Of a stretch of 64,000 nucleotides of DNA, positions 9,019 to 19,050 are shown one piece after another. Each line of letters starts with the position of its first letter. Within the stretch, counting starts at the first letter, position 1. Origin of the DNA: Planctomycetota bacterium (GTDB lineage Bacteria > Planctomycetota > B15-G4 > JADJEK01); the NCBI GenBank assembly GCA_044225365.1, contig JBGAIQ010000012.1, forward strand, positions 1 to 64,000. Reading direction: 5' to 3'. Below the pieces are notes generated by a model. It was not told the origin of the DNA and made no database searches. It saw only the letters and a program-made list of their open reading frames with translations. The position numbers were made by a program, and so were the translations under genes.

Positions 9019-10575
9019 ATGGTTCAGATAGCGGAACCGTATCAGCTTCCCAAGATGATCACGGGCATCGCGGGATTCGACCAAATCTCCGAAGGCGGTC
9101 TGCCGCGAGGCAGGAGCACGCTCATCTCGGGTACCGCAGGAAGCGGAAAGACCGTATTCGGACTGCAGTTCATCGCGGTCGGCGTGCGCGAGTTCGGCGA
9201 ACCGGGCGTCGTCGTTACTTTCGAGGAGTCGCCGAGCGACCTGTTCCAGAACGTCAGAACGTTTGGCTGGGACATGGAGCGCATGACCAAGGAAGGAAAA
9301 GTCGCCCTGGTCGATGCGACACCCGACCTTCACGGAGAAACCGTCGAGACAGGATCGTTCGACCTCTCCGCGCTACTCGCCCGCATCGAGCACGCGATCC
9401 GGAACACCGGAGCGAAGCGAGTGCTCCTCGACGCCATCGGCGGCTTGTTCCCACAATTCTCGGACGGGAATGTCGTGCGTCGCGAGCTCGGCCGAATCCT
9501 CGGAGGATTGAGACGGCTCGGAGCGACGACCATCATCACGATGGAGCGCACCGACGAAGACGGCAAGATCGGCCGTTTCGGGGTCGAGGAGTTCATTGCG
9601 GACAACGTACTCGTGGTTCGAAATCGACTCGAACTCGAGAAGCGTCGCCGCACGATCGAGATTCTGAAGTTCCGCGGAACACAGCATCACAAGGGCGAAT
9701 TCCCATTCACGATCGACAAAGAATCCGCGGTCACGATCATTCCGCTGTCTTCGATCGAACTGAAGCAGAAGTCGTCTGCGGTTCGAATCTCCTCCGGCGT
9801 GCAGGAACTCGATCAGATGTGTGGCGGAGGGATGTTCCGCGATTCGATCATCCTGGTGTCCGGCGCAACTGGCACGGGCAAGACTCTGACCGTCGCCGAG
9901 TACGTGAAGGCCGCGATGCTGGCAGGAGAGCGGACTCTCCTGTTCGCTGCCGAGGAGAGTCGAGAGCAACTCACTCGCAATGCGACAGCGTGGGGCGTCG
10001 ACTTCGACCAAGCCGAGCAGGACGGACTGCTTCGGATCATCTGTCGATATCCGGAGACGATGCCGCTCGAAGATCATCTGCTCCAGATGAAGCGGGACAT
10101 GCGCGACTTCTCACCCCACCGCGTGGCCGTCGACAGTCTCTCGGCGTTCGAACGGGTATCGACAATGAAGTCGTTCCGTGAGTTCGTGATTGCACTAACG
10201 AGCGCGATCAAACACATGGAGATCACGGGGATGTTCACCAACACGACCTCGTTGTTGGTGGGAAACGAGTCCATCACGGAGACGCACATCTCCACGATCA
10301 CGGACTCGATCATTCTGCTTCGGTACGTCGAACTCCACGGGGAGATGCGTCGCGGCCTCACTGTCCTAAAGATGCGAGGCACGTGGCACGAAAAGGGAAT
10401 TCGCGAGTATACGATCGACGGGAATGGAATGCATATTCATGAGGCATTCCGTGGCGTTCACGGGATTTTGACGGGCCAGCCGACTTATTATGCGATTCAG
10501 GACGAGCGCACTCGGTTGGACGACATGTTCGGGCCGTCCAAGGCCACAGGAAAATCCGGCACCGGGGGCGGGTAA
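9019..10575 (+). CDS. kaiC: circadian clock kinase/ATPase KaiC, full-length double-domain (518 aa)
   Basis: Two Walker A motifs (GTAGSGKT, GATGTGKT), catalytic EE pairs (TFEES, AEESREQL), arginine fingers (LKFRG, LKMRG), phosphosite loop ITETHISTITDSIILLRYVE; AGGAG RBS. Confidence 0.97.
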   Translation: MVQIAEPYQLPKMITGIAGFDQISEGGLPRGRSTLISGTAGSGKTVFGLQFIAVGVREFGEPGVVVTFEESPSDLFQNVRTFGWDMERMTKEGKVALVDATPDLHGETVETGSFDLSALLARIEHAIRNTGAKRVLLDAIGGLFPQFSDGNVVRRELGRILGGLRRLGATTIITMERTDEDGKIGRFGVEEFIADNVLVVRNRLELEKRRRTIEILKFRGTQHHKGEFPFTIDKESAVTIIPLSSIELKQKSSAVRISSGVQELDQMCGGGMFRDSIILVSGATGTGKTLTVAEYVKAAMLAGERTLLFAAEESREQLTRNATAWGVDFDQAEQDGLLRIICRYPETMPLEDHLLQMKRDMRDFSPHRVAVDSLSAFERVSTMKSFREFVIALTSAIKHMEITGMFTNTTSLLVGNESITETHISTITDSIILLRYVELHGEMRRGLTVLKMRGTWHEKGIREYTIDGNGMHIHEAFRGVHGILTGQPTYYAIQDERTRLDDMFGPSKATGKSGTGGG

Positions 10576-10579
10576 TCGC

Positions 10580-12466
10580 GTGGTTCACGTCGAACGCCTG
10601 GCGCTTCGCGTTCTTCTCGTCGAGGACAGCGAATCAGACGCTGACCTCACGAAGGAGCGATTGTCCGACTCTCCGCAGTACGACCTGCGCATTCGGTGGG
10701 TCAGGACATTGAAAGAGGCCCGCGAAGCCCTCGGCAGCGGGAAGTGCGATGTCGTCTTCCTCGATCTGAATCTCCCCGATTCTCGCGGCATCGAGACACT
10801 GCGCGCTCTGAGATCCGTGCGCGACGATACCCCGATCGTCATTCTCTCGGGAATCGAGTCGGAGGAGGCGAAGAATCTCGCGTGCCGGCTCGGCGCACTC
10901 GACTATGTCGGGAAGAACGAGTCCCAATCACGACTCTTCGCGCGAGCGGTTCTGTACGCGCTCGAGCGCCATCGAGCCCAGGAACGAGAACGACAGATCG
11001 AGAAGCTCGTCTCGCAGAATCCGGATGGCGTCGTCGTGGTCGACGGCGGCGGCGCAGTTCAGTTCCTGAACGAAGCCGCCGTGGAACTCTTCGGGCGGTC
11101 TCGAGAAGAGATCATTGGCGAGCCCATCGGCTTCTCGGTTCTCGAAGGACACGCTGCCGAAATCGAGATCCTACGCGGCAAGGAGCGTCGCTTCTGTGAG
11201 ATGCGCGTCGTAGATATCGAATGGCAGGGAAGGTCGGCTCATCTCGCAACGTTGCGCGACACGACCGAGCAGCGCAGGCTCGGGGAGGCGCTGCGACAGT
11301 CACAACGGATCGAGGCAGTAGGCCGAATGGCGGGAGGTATCGCCCATGACTTCAACAACCTCCTGACGGTCATACTCGGTTATAGCGAAATGCTATTGAT
11401 GTCCTCTCCGCTCGACCCCGAGAAGAGCGGGGCGATTCTGGAGATTCAAAGGACTTCGGAACGCGCAGCGGCTCTCACTCGGCAGCTTCTGGCCTTCAGT
11501 AGGAAGTCCGTCATCACGCCGGTCCGAACGGACATCAATGGTGTGATCACGGAACTCCAGAAAATGCTGACGAGACTCATCGGCGAGGACATTCAACTCT
11601 CTCTGGCGTTGGATCCAGCGATCGCGCCCGTGCTCGTCGATCGGTCTCAATTCGAGCAGGTGGTACTGAATCTCGTCGTGAACGCGCGAGATGCGATGCC
11701 GACAGGGGGGAGTCTCAAGATCATTACGCGAAATGTCACGGTCGATGCGAGCGGGACCATGCGAAGCAGCGCGATCGCTCCGGGTAACTATGCGGTTGTC
11801 TCCGTTGCGGACGACGGATGCGGAATCGCGCCGGATGTGCTCGGGCACATCTTCGAACCGTTCTTCACGACGAAGGCGGACGGGAAGGGAACCGGCCTTG
11901 GCCTCGCAACGGTCTACGGAATCGTCACGCAGAACAACGGACACGTTCTCGTCGCGAGCGAAGTCGGGCAAGGAACGACGTTCGACGTCTTCCTTCCGGC
12001 GATCCATGCGAAGCTCTCTGCGGACGAGCCCGAGCCCACTCCGTATTCGATCCCCTGCGGAATGGAGACGATCCTTCTCGCGGAGGACGACGCGAGTGTT
12101 CGTGATCTCGCGCAGTTGATCCTGGAATCGAGCGGATATCGAGTGATCACGGCGGTGGACGGGGTCTCCGCACTTCAGATCGCAAATTCCCATCGCGGAG
12201 AGATCGAGCTTCTCATCACCGACATCGTCATGCCCAAGATGAGTGGGCCGCGTCTAGCCGAACAGATCCGAATCCGACATCCTAGGATAAAGGTGTTGTT
12301 CGTCTCCGGTTATCACGACGACGCGATCACCCGGCACGGTCTCGACGCCACCACGATGAACGTGCTTCACAAGCCGTTCACCGCAACGCTCCTGGCCCAG
12401 CATGTGAGGCAGGCTTTGGAGAGCGCCTCGACCCAACACTCGGCCTCGATCGAATTCGGCGTGTGA
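10580..12466 (+). CDS. hybrid histidine kinase REC-PAS-HisKA-HATPase-REC
   Basis: REC (LLVEDS, FLDLNLP), PAS, H-box [32 protein letters not shown]-terminal REC ([16 protein letters not shown]). GTG start 4 bp after the kaiC stop. Confidence 0.94.
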   Translation: MVHVERLALRVLLVEDSESDADLTKERLSDSPQYDLRIRWVRTLKEAREALGSGKCDVVFLDLNLPDSRGIETLRALRSVRDDTPIVILSGIESEEAKNLACRLGALDYVGKNESQSRLFARAVLYALERHRAQERERQIEKLVSQNPDGVVVVDGGGAVQFLNEAAVELFGRSREEIIGEPIGFSVLEGHAAEIEILRGKERRFCEMRVVDIEWQGRSAHLATLRDTTEQRRLGEALRQSQRIEAVGRMAGGIAHDFNNLLTVILGYSEMLLMSSPLDPEKSGAILEIQRTSERAAALTRQLLAFSRKSVITPVRTDINGVITELQKMLTRLIGEDIQLSLALDPAIAPVLVDRSQFEQVVLNLVVNARDAMPTGGSLKIITRNVTVDASGTMRSSAIAPGNYAVVSVADDGCGIAPDVLGHIFEPFFTTKADGKGTGLGLATVYGIVTQNNGHVLVASEVGQGTTFDVFLPAIHAKLSADEPEPTPYSIPCGMETILLAEDDASVRDLAQLILESSGYRVITAVDGVSALQIANSHRGEIELLITDIVMPKMSGPRLAEQIRIRHPRIKVLFVSGYHDDAITRHGLDATTMNVLHKPFTATLLAQHVRQALESASTQHSASIEFGV

Positions 12467-14502
12467 TGAAGATCGATCCAACGACGCGCGAGATGCGAGA
12501 CAACGGTCGGCGACTCCTCGTCGTTTCGACCACTGGGGATGCATCGGACCCGGTCATAGCGAAGGTTCTACGGAACCTCGGAGATTCGTTCGTCGTCGAT
12601 GTCGTGGCACCGAGTCGTGCCGACGACGAAGTGATTCGGCCTTCGATCGCGGACGCTGCGATCGTCTACACGCGCGAGACCGAGTCGTGCCGTAGCGTCC
12701 TCGTCAGGATCAGCCGGACCTTGCCGGGCGTTCCGATCGTTCTCATCGGGCCGGCAAAGGTGCACTCGATCGCATCGCTCGAGGCGAACGTGCACGACGC
12801 CCTCGAACTCGACGAGATCGAGAGCGTTCGAATCTCAGGAGTCGTGCTCCGTGCGATCGATCGTCACCGAGCGCTCTCGGCGATCCGAGCTCGCGAAAAA
12901 TGGCTGCACGCGATCCTCGACGACAGCAGCGACGGAGTTCTCGTAGTCGATCCGGACGGAGAAATTCTCTACGCGAATCCGGAAGCGGCGCGAATGTTCG
13001 GTCGGACCGCCCACGAGCTCGTCGGCCGCAATTTCGGAATACCGATCATCGTCGCTCGGTCGACTCCCATCGATATCGCCCTGGGTCGAAGCGCGGAACT
13101 GCGAGCGGCCGTGACGACATGGAAGGGGAAGCCGGCGATCACTGCCATCCTGAGGGATGTGACGGAACAACAACGTCTCGAGCAGGACATGCGCAGGACC
13201 AACGAAGAGTTGCTCCGCGCCAATCAGTTCCTCGAGCGTCTCGCGAGCATCGATCCGTTGACGGAGTTGCTGAATCGCCGTGGACTCGAAGCCGTCCTGA
13301 TCGAAGAACTCTCGCGCGCCAGCCGCTACGGCTCGCCGCTGTTCTCGATCCTGATCGACACCGATCGCTTCAAGGAGATCAACGACTCCTTCGGTCACGA
13401 TATCGGGGATCTCGTGCTCAAGGAGATTGCGATGCGGATTCATCGCGCGCTCCGGCCGGTGGATCGGATCGGTCGGGTGGGGGGTGACGAGTTCCTCGTG
13501 CTCCTTCCCGAGGTGCGCGCCGCCGCCGCCATGGAGATCGCGGAACGACTCCGCGTCGCCGTCGCCGCGAATCCGATGGACTTCGCTGGCATTCGGATCG
13601 GCTCGACGATCAGCCTTGCCGTCATCGAGCTCCGGAAGGGCTCGGTTACGATCGCGGATCTCCTGAACCAGTCGCATGAGGCGCTGATGGCGTCGAAAAC
13701 GGCGGGGCGAAACCGGGTGGCGGGCGGCGTCGGGCTCGAGGATGAACGCCGGCGCCTGATCGAGGATCGACGTCGAACGATCCAAGCCTCTCTATCGAAG
13801 GCCATTTCATCGGTCGCCGTTGAATCGCTCTTCGAACTTCAAAGGCGCCAGCCAATGGGCGTAGCGCTTCGAGTGGCGGGCGGCGAGAACGGATCGGGAA
13901 TGCCCACCGAGTTGCTGAAGATCTGCGAGGAGGACGGTTGCCTTGCCGAGGTGGATCTGCGTTGCCTGGAGGCATGCGTGCGTGCGCCTTTGGCTTTGAA
14001 CAATGGAGATTGGATCCACTTCGGGATCTACGCTCACACGTTGTTGAAGACGCCCGAAGACGAGTTGCTGGCACGAATCGGACTTCCGCCGGAATTACGC
14101 ATCCGATTCGAGATCAGCGATCGAGAATTCGTCCGCGACATGGAAGCGCTCCAGAAGCGAATGCGCTCGCTTCGTAGCTGCGGAATCGAGTTCGTGCTGA
14201 CCCATGTCGGTTGCGCACGATCGTCCTTGGAGTCGCTGATCCTCCTCGAGCCCGAGGTGATCCGCCTCGATTCGGCGTTTGTGCGTGGGTGCGCAGAAGA
14301 TGCCTCGAAGCGTCGTTTCCTGACGCACATGTCGCGACTTGGCCGTTCCCTGCAAACGACGCTGATGGCGGATGGAATCTCCAACCTGAACGACTTCGAT
14401 CAGGTGCTTGCTTGCGGGATCACTCACGGCCAGGGCCCATTCCTGGCGCAGGCCCGTACCGTCGACGGCGCGCTGGGGATCGACTCGACGAACCTCGTCT
14501 GA
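12463..14502 (+). CDS. diguanylate cyclase: degenerate REC-PAS-GGDEF-degenerate EAL
   Basis: DPLTELLNRR, RxxD I-site (RPVD) five residues before GGDEF. The EAL-like C-terminus lacks the EAL and DDFGTG motifs (THVGCARSSL instead). GTGA overlap with the upstream kinase. Confidence 0.92.
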   Translation: MMKIDPTTREMRDNGRRLLVVSTTGDASDPVIAKVLRNLGDSFVVDVVAPSRADDEVIRPSIADAAIVYTRETESCRSVLVRISRTLPGVPIVLIGPAKVHSIASLEANVHDALELDEIESVRISGVVLRAIDRHRALSAIRAREKWLHAILDDSSDGVLVVDPDGEILYANPEAARMFGRTAHELVGRNFGIPIIVARSTPIDIALGRSAELRAAVTTWKGKPAITAILRDVTEQQRLEQDMRRTNEELLRANQFLERLASIDPLTELLNRRGLEAVLIEELSRASRYGSPLFSILIDTDRFKEINDSFGHDIGDLVLKEIAMRIHRALRPVDRIGRVGGDEFLVLLPEVRAAAAMEIAERLRVAVAANPMDFAGIRIGSTISLAVIELRKGSVTIADLLNQSHEALMASKTAGRNRVAGGVGLEDERRRLIEDRRRTIQASLSKAISSVAVESLFELQRRQPMGVALRVAGGENGSGMPTELLKICEEDGCLAEVDLRCLEACVRAPLALNNGDWIHFGIYAHTLLKTPEDELLARIGLPPELRIRFEISDREFVRDMEALQKRMRSLRSCGIEFVLTHVGCARSSLESLILLEPEVIRLDSAFVRGCAEDASKRRFLTHMSRLGRSLQTTLMADGISNLNDFDQVLACGITHGQGPFLAQARTVDGALGIDSTNLV

Positions 14503-14690
14503 CCGCCCTCCAGGTCAGCTTTCTCCGAATCAGGGTATGCGCATCGATTCCGAACAATGCCCGTGCCGTTCGATGGACCCGCGTTGCATGACGGAAACGC
14601 AGCATCCTCTCGTATCGACTCTTGGAGCCGATTCGAGCGCAAGTTCCTCGCTCTCGGAGTTCGATCAAACCCACGAGGGCAGCAGTATCG

Positions 14691-16100
14691 ATGGGACACT
14701 CGAGTCGGCTGACGATAGGAATTGCGATTCTCGCCATGACGATCCACGCGATCGTTTCCTGGTGCTGCAGTGAACTCGTTTCCGCGGGGAACGTCGAATC
14801 GGCGGCGTCCGACCGGTCGACTCTTCCATTCGGGAATGCCTGGCTCCTTCACTCTCTGATCACGCTCCTCGTCGTGTCGATCGGCGTCCACTTCGCGCGG
14901 ACCGGGCGACCTCCGGCAGGTAGCGTTCCAGACACGGGTCGCGAGGACGACCGATTCGAACTCGGAGCACGAGAAGACGCCGAACGGGCTCCACGACGCA
15001 TTACCGCTCGATCGATCGACGCTAGCAACCCCACAACCTGTTCCTCGTCTCGCGAATGCTCGATCGCACGTTCGATCGTGGAGCAGGATCTCGACGCAAT
15101 TCTCGCCGTCGACGCGGCGGGGCGTGTGATCCACTCCAATCCGGCGGCGTCGCAGCTTCTTGGCCCTGACCTCACGGACGAACTGGGACGGTTGGCCGAA
15201 TCGTCGATTCGTGGGGCGAGCGGGGAATCGGACCGCGAAGCCATCGCTCGGGCGCTCGACGGTTACGTCGTGATGAACCGCGAAGAGAGTCGAGTCGCCG
15301 CGGATGGCCGCCGCGTCAGGACGCTCACCACGTATTCACCCGTTCGCGATGCCCACGGGGAAGTCATCGCGGCGTCGATCCGGTTGCGTGTGCGTCACGA
15401 CTCCAACGGCGAAGTCGCAGAGTACGCACACTTGATCGCTCACGATCTTCGAGCGCCGCTACGCGGGATCCGATACTACGCCGACTTCCTCGCTCAGCAA
15501 TATGCGCATCTTCTCGACGAGAAGGGGCGGTCCAGACTCGAGGCGCTTCCTCGATTGTCCGGCAAGTTGGATTCGATGCTCGAGTCGCTGCTCGAGTGTT
15601 CCCGCGTCGGTGGAACTCCAATCGATCTACGCCCCGTCGATCTCAACACGATCGTCCACGACGTCATCGATTCGCTGAGTCCGTTCCTCGAGGAGACCGG
15701 AGCCGAGGTCCGCGTCCACGAGCCGCTGCCTCGTGCGACGTGCGACGCAAAACTCGTTCGTGAGCTCGTCGCGAACTTGGTCACGAATGCCGCGAAGTAC
15801 AACGACAAGGTGAACAAGCTCATCGAGATCGGATCGATGAACAATGCGATCTACGTACGGGACAACGGCATTGGCATCGATCCCGATCATTCGGAGATGA
15901 TCTTTCAAGTATTTCGAAGACTGCACGCGGAGAGTTCGTTCGGGGGTGGAACCGGTACGGGACTCACGATCGCACGATCGATCGTTGCGCGCCATGGAGG
16001 CTGGCTGTGGGTGGAGTCCGATCCCGGCGAGGGAAGCACGTTCTTCTTCGTGCTCGACTCGAAATCGCAAGCACCCCTGAGTGTCCCGAGTTCCTCGTGA
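14691..16100 (+). CDS. membrane PAS sensor histidine kinase (Cph1-like kinase core)
   Basis: Two hydrophobic segments, PAS (SNPAASQLLG), H-box IAHDLRAPLR, NLVTNAAKY, DNGIGI, GTGLTIARSIV. The start is uncertain. Confidence 0.88.
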   Translation: MGHSSRLTIGIAILAMTIHAIVSWCCSELVSAGNVESAASDRSTLPFGNAWLLHSLITLLVVSIGVHFARTGRPPAGSVPDTGREDDRFELGAREDAERAPRRITARSIDASNPTTCSSSRECSIARSIVEQDLDAILAVDAAGRVIHSNPAASQLLGPDLTDELGRLAESSIRGASGESDREAIARALDGYVVMNREESRVAADGRRVRTLTTYSPVRDAHGEVIAASIRLRVRHDSNGEVAEYAHLIAHDLRAPLRGIRYYADFLAQQYAHLLDEKGRSRLEALPRLSGKLDSMLESLLECSRVGGTPIDLRPVDLNTIVHDVIDSLSPFLEETGAEVRVHEPLPRATCDAKLVRELVANLVTNAAKYNDKVNKLIEIGSMNNAIYVRDNGIGIDPDHSEMIFQVFRRLHAESSFGGGTGTGLTIARSIVARHGGWLWVESDPGEGSTFFFVLDSKSQAPLSVPSSS

Positions 16101-16239
16101 TGAGCGAACGACGCACGAGAATCGAATCGACGAATCGATTCGCCGAAGACCACGAGCGTGGAACCCCACGCGCGGGACCGCACCCGTCGGCGCGCGCACA
16201 AGGTGATTGGCTTCGACTGGGACCGAGGAGAGAGCGATC

Positions 16240-17427
16240 ATGTCCGTGAAGACCGAGAAGTCGCGAGTCCTGAAAGTGCTCGTGATCGACGACAGCGAGG
16301 TCGACCGCGACATCGTGAAGCAACTGCTCGACGGTCACGACTCGATGCCTCTCGATGTCTGCGAAGCCGAGAGCGGCAGCGACGGTCTCTCCGCGATGCG
16401 GACCCACCGACCCGACTGCATCCTGCTCGATTACTCCCTCGGGGACATGACTGGGGTGGACTTTCTGCGCCGGTTGCGATCCGCGGATGGCGGTTTGCCA
16501 CTGCCGGTTCTGTTGCTCACGAGTCACGGGATGGGACCCGTCGTCGAGTCGGCGATGCTGTCCGGAGTCGCGGACTACGTGAGCAAGAACGCCATCTCGG
16601 GCACCGGACTCGTACGCGCGATCACGAACGCGGTCGAGAAACACGAACTGCGACAGTCGCTGCAGCGTGCCACGTCGCGCATGGAAGCCGCGAACGCCGA
16701 ACTCATGCGTAGGAACGACGAGATCCAGAGCTTCTATCACACGCTCTCGCACGAGATGAAGACTCCGCTGACGGTGATCCATGAGTTCCTCTCGCTCGCT
16801 CTCGAGGGAATCGCAGGACCGGTGGAGGGAGATCTCCGCGAGTACATCGAGATCGCCCGAACGAATTGCGCCCGTCTCACTACGCATGTGAACGATATCC
16901 TCGACGTGACTCGGGTCGAGACCGGGAAGTTCGCGCTCACGATGCGAACGGGCGATCTCGCCGAAGTGGTGTCGACCGTCGTCCGCTCCTTCGCGCCCGA
17001 ATCGGACCAGCGGTCCATCCAGCTCTCGTTCACGTCGGGTCGGGATCTACCGACTTGCCGATTCGATGAACTTCGGATCGTTCAAGTGGTGACGAACCTC
17101 ATCACGAACGCGCTCAAGTTCAGCTCCGCTGGAGGATCGATCGAAGTGATCGTCGATCGCATCGACGACGAGGGCGAGGTCGCCCTCATCGTCAAGGACA
17201 CGGGCTGCGGCATTCCGGAGGAAGCGCTGTCGCGGTTGTTCGATCGGCTCTTCCAGGTGCGAGAGCCCGAGAACTCACGATGCGGACTGGGTCTCGGGCT
17301 CTTCATCAGTCGGCAGATCATCGAGCAGATGGGTGGAAACATTTCTGTAGCGAGTCGAGTGGGATTGGGAACGACGTTCACGGTGCGTCTGCCGGCGTGC
17401 CAGACGGACGCCGTCGTCCCGGTGTGA
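16240..17427 (+). CDS. histidine kinase REC-HisKA-HATPase
   Basis: VLVIDD, ILLDYSL, H-box SHEMKTPL, NLITNALKF, DTGCGIP, GLGLGL; GAGGAG RBS. Confidence 0.93.
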   Translation: MSVKTEKSRVLKVLVIDDSEVDRDIVKQLLDGHDSMPLDVCEAESGSDGLSAMRTHRPDCILLDYSLGDMTGVDFLRRLRSADGGLPLPVLLLTSHGMGPVVESAMLSGVADYVSKNAISGTGLVRAITNAVEKHELRQSLQRATSRMEAANAELMRRNDEIQSFYHTLSHEMKTPLTVIHEFLSLALEGIAGPVEGDLREYIEIARTNCARLTTHVNDILDVTRVETGKFALTMRTGDLAEVVSTVVRSFAPESDQRSIQLSFTSGRDLPTCRFDELRIVQVVTNLITNALKFSSAGGSIEVIVDRIDDEGEVALIVKDTGCGIPEEALSRLFDRLFQVREPENSRCGLGLGLFISRQIIEQMGGNISVASRVGLGTTFTVRLPACQTDAVVPV

Positions 17428-17447
17428 ACGACAAAGGGGCTTTTCCA

Positions 17448-17912
17448 ATGACTTCCATCCTGCGCAAGAAGATCCTCGTCGTGGAAGACGATCCCGATAC
17501 TTCACATGCATTGTGCATCCGCCTGCGAGTCGGTAGCTACGAAGCGATCCCGGCGTTCGACGCGACCTCGGGACTCGCCAAGGCGATCGAAACGCATCCC
17601 GATCTCGTCGTTTGCGACGTTGGGATTCCTGGGGAAAGCGGACTCGACCTCGTGGAGCGCATTCGCAGCATCCCGAGTCTCAAAGGTACACAAGTCCTCT
17701 TCGTCACGGCGAATCGCCGGCCCGAAGTTCGGAGTCGTGCCGCCGCTCTCGAACCGGTAGCCTTCCTCGAGAAGCCCTATCGATCGCAGGATTTCATACA
17801 AATCGTGAAGGACGCCGTCGGGCCAGGCTGTGTGCAGGCATCGAGCGGCGATAGTCGAAGGAACCACGACAACGGTGTCCTCGACCCCGAGTCGACTCGA
17901 TTGGTTACCTGA
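17448..17912 (+). CDS. single-domain response regulator
   Basis: KILVVEDD...VVCDVGIPG...FVTA...FLEKPY. Confidence 0.9.
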   Translation: MTSILRKKILVVEDDPDTSHALCIRLRVGSYEAIPAFDATSGLAKAIETHPDLVVCDVGIPGESGLDLVERIRSIPSLKGTQVLFVTANRRPEVRSRAAALEPVAFLEKPYRSQDFIQIVKDAVGPGCVQASSGDSRRNHDNGVLDPESTRLVT

Positions 17913-17985
17913 GTCCGAGTGCTCCGACGGCGTAGTGCGAGTGCTTGGCTGACTGCGGCTGGCTCGACGACCCGCGAATTCGAAT

Positions 17986-19050
17986 TCACTCGAACAGCAC
18001 GGCCTCGGCCACGAGACCGGGTCCGAACCCAAGAGCGAGCGTCTTGCCCGTCCTGCCGAGCGCGAACTGTCGTTCGAGGATGAAGAGCACCGTCGGCGAC
18101 GACATGTTTCCGTACTCCTTCAGCACGGCGCGCGAGAGCTCCGTGTGCGAACCGGAGAGCCCGAGTGACCTCTCCACGCTCGACACGATGCGTGGTCCGC
18201 CAGGATGGATCACGAAGTTCTCGATCGAGGCGAGGGTCGTACCCTGCCGGCCGAGCCATTCCTCGAGCCAGGGTCGCAGGTGTTGCTCGATCCTCTGTGG
18301 CACGAGGGGCGAGAGCGACATCGAGAACCCATGGTCTCCGATCCGCCAGCTCATCAAGTCCGACGATTCGGGGAAGAGCAAACTCCCAACGGCGCGGAGC
18401 GCATGCCCGCGACCTGGAGTCGAACTCCGCCGGAGGACGGTAGCTCCCGCGCCATCGGCGAAGAGCGCATTCGCGACGATCTGCTCGGGATCGTCACCGT
18501 AGTGGAAATGCAAACTGCAGAGTTCCACCGCGGCGAGGAGCACGACCGCGTCCTCGTCGTTCGCGAATGCCTGCGCGACGCGCAGGCCGGCGAGCACCCC
18601 GTAACAGCCCATGAAGCCGATGTGAGCGCGGGCCGTCGTCCGCGGGAGCTGAAGCCTCTCGATCAGCTCGACGTCGATGCCAGGCGCGCTCGCACCGGTG
18701 CACGAAACCGTGACGAGGTGAGTCACGCGTTCGGGCGAGAGGCGTGCCCCCGCGAGTGCCTTGTGCGCTGCATCGACAGCGAGCGGGGGCGCGAGCAGTT
18801 CGAACATCCGCATTCGCTCCGCCGTCGAGGGCGATTCGTCCTTGGAATCGGCCGTACGGAGTGGCGCTCCGCTGCCGGGATCGAGAACGACGCGTCGCGA
18901 ACTCACGCCGGAGCGCCGATACAAGGCATGCAGCACGCGATCCACTTCACCGTCGTAGCGATGAAGTCGACGCGCGAGGGCGAGCGCTTCGTCCTGGGTA
19001 GCGATGAACGGCGGAGACGCCGTACCGATGCCGATGAGTTCGACGGTCAT
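17986..19050 (-). CDS. type III polyketide synthase (chalcone/stilbene synthase family)
   Basis: Catalytic Cys-His-Asn triad in GFMGCYG, IHPGG and YGNMSS; also ALFADGAGA and GFGPGL. Confidence 0.95.
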   Translation of the reverse strand: MTVELIGIGTASPPFIATQDEALALARRLHRYDGEVDRVLHALYRRSGVSSRRVVLDPGSGAPLRTADSKDESPSTAERMRMFELLAPPLAVDAAHKALAGARLSPERVTHLVTVSCTGASAPGIDVELIERLQLPRTTARAHIGFMGCYGVLAGLRVAQAFANDEDAVVLLAAVELCSLHFHYGDDPEQIVANALFADGAGATVLRRSSTPGRGHALRAVGSLLFPESSDLMSWRIGDHGFSMSLSPLVPQRIEQHLRPWLEEWLGRQGTTLASIENFVIHPGGPRIVSSVERSLGLSGSHTELSRAVLKEYGNMSSPTVLFILERQFALGRTGKTLALGFGPGLVAEAVLFE

